From Leptolyngbyaceae cyanobacterium (GTDB lineage: Bacteria; Cyanobacteriota; Cyanobacteriia; Phormidesmidales; Phormidesmidaceae), in the NCBI GenBank assembly GCA_050331235.1, contig JBHJHA010000055.1:1-18087 (forward strand): a stretch of DNA of 18,087 nucleotides. Reading direction: 5' to 3'. Made by a program: the position numbers and the translations under genes. The notes under the pieces were generated by a model. That model had not been told where the DNA came from, searched no databases, and saw nothing but the letters and a program-made list of their open reading frames with translations. The number at the start of each line of letters is the position of its first letter. The stretch's first letter is position 1. Positions 7,628 through 15,100 of the stretch are shown here, piece by piece.

Positions 7628-8806
7628 TCAACGCCCTAAGGGAATATGAATGCAAACGGATGTACCTTGACTGGCCTCATTCTGCAGACACATCGGCCAA
7701 CCCATGCGTTCGGCTAATCGGCGACTATTGGCTAAACTCAACCCGACGTTAGCAGCAATAGCCGCCGCCGGAGTCGAGAAAGCCGCCTGTAAATCTGCTG
7801 GAGACATCTCTACATCTGGGTCCTCGATTCTGATGACCAGAGAGTCGCCGTCAGTACCGATCTCTAGGTTGATGCAGCCGTCCTGGGCCGAGTGTTGCAC
7901 CAGATAGATCAAGATATTGGAGACCAAGCTCGATAGAAGACATCTGTCTGTAAAAAGTAGAACGTCACCAACTTCAGGAATCGTCAAAAAGTTAATTTGA
8001 CGACCGTAGGATAAGCGAATTTCTTGGGCCAGGAGAGTACAGATTTCTTGAATGTCGCAGGCTTCAACCAGGGGAACAATTTGGCCATTTTCTAGCGCAT
8101 CCAAGGCGATCGCATCGTCAACCAAACGAGCTAAATGGCTGACAGCTGTTTGAATGCGGCAATGATGCTTTTGTCGCGCCTCATCGCTGAGCTTGGGGGC
8201 ATACATGTCCAAAATCCCCGCTGAGGAAGAAATAATCCCCAGCGGAGTTCGAATCTCATGGCTAATTTGAGTAATCAATTGAGATTTAAACTGCTGTAGC
8301 CGCTGCTCAGCCTCCAGGGCTAGCCGCATTTCCAGCAAGTTAACAATTTGACGACTCAAGGCCCCGAGCGCCTCCTGTTGCTCTTGAGTGAGCGTTCGGG
8401 GCTGATAGTCGATAATACACAGAGTCCCGATCGCCATTCCTTTAGGCGTCACTAGAGAGCAGCCCGCATAAAATCGGATATTAGGCTCCCCCGTAACCAA
8501 AGGATTCTCGCAAAACCGAGGATCTTGTAGCGCATCAGGAACCACCAGGATCGCCTCTGGATGCTGAATGGTATGGTGACAAAAGGCAACTTCGCGGCTG
8601 GTCTCGCAAATATCCAGGCCTGCTTTTGCCTTAAACCACTGTCGGTCACGATCAACCAAGGAAATGAGCGCGATCGGCACCTGACACATCTGAGCTGCTA
8701 GCTTGACTAGATCGTCATAGGCTTGCTCCGGGGGCGTATCGAGGATTTGATAACGATGCAAATCATGTAAGCGCCAGCTTTCATTGTGGAGTGGGAACAT
8801 TGCCAA
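7628..8806 (-). CDS. GAF-domain sensor histidine-kinase-like protein with degenerate ATP-binding domain
   Basis: N-terminal non-photosensory GAF (YQILDTPPEQAYDDL, ALISLVDRDRQWFK, AFCHHTI, DPRFCENPLV, IRFYAG, IGTLCIID). H-box SHEIRTPL (His codon 8258-8260). N box reads NILIYLVQHS, G1 reads IEDPDVEM, G2 reads NVGLSL. Start is TTG 8806 or ATG 8800. Confidence 0.88.
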   Translation of the reverse strand: MAMFPLHNESWRLHDLHRYQILDTPPEQAYDDLVKLAAQMCQVPIALISLVDRDRQWFKAKAGLDICETSREVAFCHHTIQHPEAILVVPDALQDPRFCENPLVTGEPNIRFYAGCSLVTPKGMAIGTLCIIDYQPRTLTQEQQEALGALSRQIVNLLEMRLALEAEQRLQQFKSQLITQISHEIRTPLGIISSSAGILDMYAPKLSDEARQKHHCRIQTAVSHLARLVDDAIALDALENGQIVPLVEACDIQEICTLLAQEIRLSYGRQINFLTIPEVGDVLLFTDRCLLSSLVSNILIYLVQHSAQDGCINLEIGTDGDSLVIRIEDPDVEMSPADLQAAFSTPAAAIAANVGLSLANSRRLAERMGWPMCLQNEASQGTSVCIHIPLGR

Positions 8807-8948
8807 AATCTAGAGAGACCGAAGGTGTTGCTACGCCCAGATTTCCGTCGAGGAAACGCAGCCAAAACAATTGCTGTTGAGTATCGTGCAGGTGCCCAGC
8901 GCTGCCCTAGACTTCCAGTCATCAACCGTAGCAAAACCGTAACTACGA

Positions 8949-10709
8949 CTAGACACTTGAACCTTGCCGCTGCAAGGAGTTGACAAAGGCGGTCGCAGCG
9001 ACGGCGGTCAGTGGTTTGGCAAAAATAAATCCTTGCACCACATCACAACCTAACGACTTGAGATAGGCCAGTTCTTCGCCAGTTTCTGCCCCTTCAGCGA
9101 CGACGTTTAAATTGAGATCATGACTCATGTTCATCACAGCCGCTACGATTTTTTGGTTGGTGTAGCGCTGGTGAATATTTTGCACAAACATCCGATCAAC
9201 TTTAATGGTGTTACAAGGAAATGTGCTCAAGTATTCTAACCCGGCATAGCCCGTACCAAAATCATCGATCGCAATTCGCACGCCCATCTTCTTCAGTTCT
9301 CTTAAGGTCTGAATGGTTCTTCTTTCATTCTGGATCAAGGCTTTTTCAGTAATTTCGAGGCAAAGCAGATGGGGGGATACATGGGTCTTTTGCAAAATTA
9401 CCCGTACGGTGTCGCTGAGTCCTGCTTGAGCTAGCTGCACGGGGGAAAGATTCACCGAAACTCGAATGGGATTTTGAAATTGCTCCTGCCATTGCTTAGC
9501 TTGGCTACAGGCTGTAAATAACACCCAGTTGCCAATTTGATTGATTAGTCCGTTTTCTTCTGCGACCGGAATAAACTTATTAGGAGAAACCCAACCGAGC
9601 TGCTCACTATGCCACCGGACCAAAGCCTCAACGCCAACAACCTGATCTTGGGATAGCTCTAGCTGTGGTTGATAGTACACTTCAAACTCACCTTGCTGCA
9701 GCGCATAGTGGAGCGCATTGGCAATGTCTAATCGCTCAAAGACATTAAGTGACATTTCCGGGCTATAGCAGCGGTAGTGGTTGCCACCTTCTTGCTGCAC
9801 CTTATAAAGGGCGATTTTGGCGTCTTGTAAGATGCTGGACGGAGCAGTGAGTTGCCCGGTTGTTGTCTGGGAAGCGATCGCCGTCGAAGCAATGCCGATG
9901 CTAAACGTCACGTTAACTGTGTGCCCGCTAATCACATAAGGGGCCCGCAGAAAGTTAATCACTCTTTCCGCCGTCTGAGCGACAGGAGCATTTTCAAGAC
10001 TATCTTGGTCAGTCAAAATCACAAATTGGCTATGGCTGGTCCGAAAAATTCTTCTCAGATCAGCGATCGTTTTTGCCTGAGGAAAAATATTTTGGATGCG
10101 TTGAGCCACTAGCTTGATTAAGCTATCACAGTCATCAGTGGCTAAAGTGCTACTCAGAAAGCTGAACTGATCAATTGAAATCACGAACAAAGCAAGTGGA
10201 CTCTCCGCTTTGGTAACTTGCGCTAAAGCTTGGTTAAGAGATAGTTGATTCGGCAATTGAGTAAGCATATCGATCTGGCTCAACTCATCAATTGCGTGTT
10301 CTAGCTGATCGATTTTCTGTTGATAGATCTGAGTAACCGACTGTTTCTTTTTGAGTTGCGCACGCACCGCTGAGACTAAGTCTGAAGGCGAGAAAGGCTT
10401 GGTTAAGTAGTCATTAGACCCCAGAGTCATCCCTTGACGAAAGTCATGTTGAGTCGATTTAGCCGTCAAAAAAATGAATGGCACCTCAGCTAAGGTTGGG
10501 TCTCCGCCTAAAGCCTCAAGGACCTCGTAGCCATTAAGTCTGGGCATATTCACATCACAGACAATCAAATCTGGAGTGTGCTCTTTAGCCAGGTCTAAGC
10601 CTTGCTGACCATGGAGGGCCATGAGCGTCTCAAAGCCCTCCAGCTCAAGTATGTCGTTGATATTCTCCCGGGCTGATTCGTTGTCTTCAATGATGAGAAT
10701 CTTAGTCAT
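8949..10709 (-). CDS. Response regulator with degenerate GGDEF and intact EAL domain (c-di-GMP phosphodiesterase)
   Basis: REC (ILIIED, PDLIVCDVNMP, FIFLTA, DYLTKPF). GGDEF-like domain (DMLTQLPN, SIDQF, FSIGIA) with the active site replaced by RTSHSQF. EAL domain retains YQP, EALVRW, SVNLS, LEITE, DDFGTGY, IKVD, AEGAET and QGF. Start is ATG 10709 or GTG 10715. Confidence 0.94.
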   Translation of the reverse strand: MTKILIIEDNESARENINDILELEGFETLMALHGQQGLDLAKEHTPDLIVCDVNMPRLNGYEVLEALGGDPTLAEVPFIFLTAKSTQHDFRQGMTLGSNDYLTKPFSPSDLVSAVRAQLKKKQSVTQIYQQKIDQLEHAIDELSQIDMLTQLPNQLSLNQALAQVTKAESPLALFVISIDQFSFLSSTLATDDCDSLIKLVAQRIQNIFPQAKTIADLRRIFRTSHSQFVILTDQDSLENAPVAQTAERVINFLRAPYVISGHTVNVTFSIGIASTAIASQTTTGQLTAPSSILQDAKIALYKVQQEGGNHYRCYSPEMSLNVFERLDIANALHYALQQGEFEVYYQPQLELSQDQVVGVEALVRWHSEQLGWVSPNKFIPVAEENGLINQIGNWVLFTACSQAKQWQEQFQNPIRVSVNLSPVQLAQAGLSDTVRVILQKTHVSPHLLCLEITEKALIQNERRTIQTLRELKKMGVRIAIDDFGTGYAGLEYLSTFPCNTIKVDRMFVQNIHQRYTNQKIVAAVMNMSHDLNLNVVAEGAETGEELAYLKSLGCDVVQGFIFAKPLTAVAATAFVNSLQRQGSSV

Positions 10710-11115
10710 GATCACCTGCTCTTTACAGTCCTGTTGCGTGGGGGGGTAGGCAGTTGCCCAGGCTCAAGCTAAGAGCTCTAGACTATCAACGAAGGGGCCA
10801 AGACTGACTTAGAATACATACCTACAAGAAAATTGTGACCTATCGACCCTTACCAGCAATCCGCAAATGCGGCTAAAGCAGTTCATCGTGTCTTCTCTGA
10901 CGCCACTAGCTTGCAGCCATCAGTTTTGTGCGTATATTTACCGAAAGAACCATTCTTGACAGCCAAGGGCACTCGGTTCTCAGTGGGCAAAATCCAAGCC
11001 ATTCTCTTCGGAACGCTCGCTGGACAAAGAAAATACTGGCTTTAAGCACCTAAAGGCTCACCTCAAATCTACGTAAGTATTTTCCTGAGGCTTACTGAGA
11101 GTAGTGAGGCAACTA

Positions 11116-11190
11116 CCCAGTCGGTTGAGACACTCACTCCGCTCTGCCTGACAATGTGGCTGTCTACATTTGCCCCAGTCGGTTAAGACA
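11116..11190. repeat. Pair of 17-bp direct repeats CCCAGTCGGTT(G/A)AGACA
   Basis: Copies at 11116-11132 and 11174-11190, 16/17 identical, 58-bp period, in the intergenic region upstream of the EAL gene. Confidence 0.7.
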
Positions 11191-11287
11191 GCGCGTGACT
11201 CCCTCAATAGACCCCGTTTCCAAAACCTCCGTAGCGGTACGGTACTTGAGGCCGCTTCTCTGTCTAGCACCACCGCAGCCACTAGGC

Positions 11288-12001
11288 TTAGGTCGATGAG
11301 GCACCGTTGTCCTGGAGCAGGTTAAACTTACGCAACACCTGCAGATTGTCTGAGGTGACCATTTCTTGTACATTTGCCACATCCTTCAGGAGGCGCATTT
11401 CGCGGGCGTACTCTTGTTTGAGAATGGTTAAATAGCGGGCTCGCTCGGCATCTGTGCTAGCTTTTCCCAACATGTGCAACGCCAGATTGACATTGCCAAG
11501 GGGTTCGCGTAGGTTCTGGGAGAGTTTAGTTAATAGCGTTTCCTTGATGGTGGCTAGCTCAGAATTTTCTTGAAGCTGTTTCTCAAGACTTTGGGTGCGT
11601 TTAGTTTCATCGTGGTAAGCCCCCATCAGCCTCGCGTGACGGTCTAACCGCACCTTGATAGCTCTGAGCACTTCATTGGGCCGAAAGGGTTTGGTCAAAT
11701 AGTCGTCGGCTCCTGATTCCATGCCTTCTCGTTGATCTAATCGGTCAGCTTTGGCCGTCAGAAAAATGAACGGCGTGTTTTGGGTCTCTGGTTTATCTCT
11801 AAGGACGCTCACCACTTCATAACCATCGATCTCTGGCATCATAACGTCACATAAAACGAGGGCCGGCTGGTGCTTTAGAGCTGCTTCTATGCCTTCGCGA
11901 CCATTGGTCGCAGTGATAACGACAAAATCCTCTAGGGTGAGGATGTCTTCCAGATTGTCGAGGACTGAAGGATCGTCTTCAATAATGAGGATTTTAGTCA
12001 T
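11288..12001 (-). CDS. Response regulator: receiver domain plus coiled coil plus His-less HisKA-like (pseudo-DHp) tail, no catalytic or DNA-binding domain
   Basis: REC MTKILIIEDD...PALVLCDVMMP...FIFLTA...GADDYLTKPF with phospho-Asp, Thr and Lys intact. The tail LSQNLREPLGNVNLALHML mimics an H-box (SHELRTPL) with Q at the His position, and the protein ends soon after. The true start is most likely ATG 12001 rather than 12154. Confidence 0.9.
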   Translation of the reverse strand: MTKILIIEDDPSVLDNLEDILTLEDFVVITATNGREGIEAALKHQPALVLCDVMMPEIDGYEVVSVLRDKPETQNTPFIFLTAKADRLDQREGMESGADDYLTKPFRPNEVLRAIKVRLDRHARLMGAYHDETKRTQSLEKQLQENSELATIKETLLTKLSQNLREPLGNVNLALHMLGKASTDAERARYLTILKQEYAREMRLLKDVANVQEMVTSDNLQVLRKFNLLQDNGASST

Positions 12002-12163
12002 GGTTGAAAATAAGCACCAATTAGGCGCATAAAGGCTGTAATTACATTTCCCGGGAATCGAGGGGGGATGGCCGTTTTTGACAAAATTTGATGCTGTTGC
12101 TGTTAGCAGACTGGGTTGATGTCTGGCTGAGGCTTTATTGGCAGCTTGCTTCACGATTGATTT

Positions 12164-15100
12164 TCAGATTCTTTTGGGGGCGGAGTCTTCTGGCACGTAG
12201 AGCGCAGGCGGGAGATTGAGGGGAAAGCGTAGTGTAAACGTCGTTCCAAAGTTGACTTCGCTTTGGCAGATAATTTTGCCCTGGTGCAATTCGACCAGCT
12301 TTTTGACAATGGAAAGCCCTAATCCGGTCCCTGGGATGTTGCCAACGTTTTGCGCGCGATGAAAAGATTGAAACAGATGCTTGAGGTCATCTTCGGGAAT
12401 GCCGATGCCCTGATCTTGAATCAGGATATCGAAGCTTTGGGGGTGGGTGGTTAGCAGTAAGTAAACTTCGCTTTCGGGACGCGAGTATTTCAAAGCGTTG
12501 GAAAGGAGATTAGTCAAAATTTGCCGCAATAGGCGCTGATCGACCATGACTGGGTAAGCGGGAACGGCATCTACCCGGATATTGATGCGATCGCTGCCGG
12601 TACTGAGGTTGAGTTCTTCCACAATATCCTGACAAAAGTCAAGGATGCGGGTGGATACATACTTCAGCTGCATCTTACCGGCCTCGGCTCGGCTCAGGAT
12701 CAGCATATCTTCTAGCAGTTGGGTCATGTGATTGACCGAGTCTTGGATGCGCATGAAGTGTTTTTGCTGCTTGGCTGAACCGATGCGATCGCCATAGTCT
12801 TGGAGGATGCCCGCCGAAGAAGCAATCACCCCCAGTGGGGTACGAAACTCATGGGAGGTTGTCGAGACAAAACGCGACTTCAGCTCATTGAGCTCTCGCT
12901 CGGCTGCCAGTGCCCTGCGAATTTCGACTTCAGCAGCTTTGCGATCGCTGATATCTTGACAGACGCAGACCAATCCAACACCGGCAATTTGCGTGAGGGA
13001 TACTTCTTGCGGAAATTCGGAGCCATCCTGCCGCACGGCGATCGCTTCCCCTCGCCAATGACCCTGGGCAACCAGATGCGGCAGGATTTTCTGCTCAAAT
13101 CGGGCTACCTCAGCAGCGGTGTAGAGGTTACACCAAGTTTTGCCCAGCAACTCTGAAGCCGGCATATCAAACAGTTGGCAATAGGCCGTGTTTACGAAAA
13201 CATAGCCGCCTTGGTCGTTTAAAATCGCGATGCCGTCACTGGCCGCTTCGATGGCGGCCAACTGTTGTTTCATCGCCTGTTCGGCCTGTTTCCGCTCCGT
13301 CACATTACGAAAGATGCCTCGAGTTGCCACGGGTACACCTTGCTCAATGCGGACGTTGATGTTGCCCTCGAGCTGAACCAAATCACCCGCTTTAGTGCGC
13401 AACACAATTTCAATGCGATCGAGGGAGGTACATTTGCCCTGCTGGATCGCGGCAAAGAGCTGTTGACAATGGGGCAAATTCTCAGCGGCCAGCACATCAA
13501 AGATGGTAAGCGTCTCAAGCTCGGAGAAGGTATATCCCAAGGTTTCTAGCCACGCTTGATTTACAAAGATAAATCGACCATCGGCCATGGAGACGCTCTG
13601 AATCAGGTCGCTGGCGTTATCAAAAAAGTCTTGCAAAACCGCTTTACTCTCCTGTAAAGCCACCTCGGCTTGCTTGCGGTCATTGATATCACGGCGAACG
13701 CAAATGAGGTCCCCCATACTACTCAAGGTTAGGGACAGCTCTTCGTAGAAGGTGCTGCCATCTTTGCGGGTGGCGATCGCCTCGCCTTGCCAATGGCCCT
13801 GGGCTTCTAAAGCCGGAAAGATCTCGGTTTGAAACCGCTTATTTTCAGCCGTAGAGTACAGCTTTGCCCAAGGCTGATCGAGTAACTCGTCGGCAGTTTC
13901 ATAGCCAAACAGCTGGGCATAGGCCTGGTTGAGATAGCAGTGTCGGCAGTCCCGGAGAATGGCCATTCCCTCAATCGCAGTTTCCATCGCTAGGAGTTGA
14001 CGGTGGATCTGCTCGTCGGCCCGCTTGCGATCGGTAATATCCAAAATGACAGCCAAAAAAAGGCGCTCGTCTCCCAGCTCAATCAGTTGAAGATGAATAT
14101 CAGCGGCATATTGAGTCCCGTCAGCCCGTTGATGGATCGCTTCAAAATTAACCTTATCCGTTTTGCACTGTCGTAAAGGCGCGATCATCGCTTCAAAATC
14201 TGCAGTTGTCATCTGAGGTTTGATGTCGACTGGCGTCATCGCCTGCAGTTGCGGCAGGGTATAACCCAGATTATTGAGCGCACCTTGGTTGACGTAGCTA
14301 AAGCGCAGGGTTTCAGGATCAAAAATAAAGATCTCGTTGAGACTGGCCTCAAGCATCCTCAGCAGGCGTGTCCGCTCCGCCTCTGCCCGTTTCCACTCGC
14401 GAATGTCTTCAATCTGGCCAACTAAATACAGCGGCTGCCCATCCAAGTCTTTTACCACGCTGATGTGGGCGATTGCGTCAACTGCGGTGCCGTCCTTGTG
14501 GGCATAACGGTTTTCCAGCGTCACTGCCCCAGTTTTGCTCGTCAAGAGCTGATCGAAAGCGTGGCGACTGGCGGCTCGGTCATCCGGATCGGTTAGCCCG
14601 AGGAAAGTTTGTTCCATGACTTCCTCAGACGTATAGCCCAGCATTTTGTGAAATGCCGCATTGACCATCAAGAATCGGCCTGCTAAATCAGCCGTCACGA
14701 TACCAATGGGGGCGTTGTCAAAGGTTAGCCGCAGGAGATCTTCACTGCGCCGCAGTTGCTCTTGGCTGTGCAGCAGCGCTACATTGCTTTCTAAAAGCGC
14801 CACATTGCTATCAGATAGCTCCTGGGTCCGAGCGGCAACCCGCAGTTCCAGTTGTTCATTAAGCTGCTCAAGGGCAGCCATGGTTTGCAGACGTTCAATT
14901 TCGGCAGCAGCCCGAGCTGCAAAGACTTTGAGGATTTTCTCGACCTGGGATAGGTTTGCGATCGCCTGGGTATCCAAAACGCAAAGAGTGCCAATCGGTC
15001 GGCCGGCGGTATCCAACAGCGCTAGGCCAACGTAGCTCTCCGCCGCAAAAGGCGTCAGACGCTCATCGGGAAATTGGGTTCTCAACCCTTGAACACAGGC

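Noticed and set aside
5974..10974. Shared 11-mer CAAGGGCACTC at 5974 and 10964
   Set aside because: Expected by chance at this length across the window, and in opposite orientation relative to the downstream genes.
11101..11116. NtcA site
   Set aside because: Spacing is GTA-N10-TAC, not GTA-N8-TAC.
11116..11190. CRISPR mini-array
   Set aside because: Only two short 17-bp non-palindromic repeats, no third copy at the same period, and no cas genes in the window.
12002..12154. 51-aa N-terminal extension of the response regulator
   Set aside because: The receiver fold begins at MTKILIIEDD, matching the paralogous REC start, and the extension looks like non-coding regulatory DNA.
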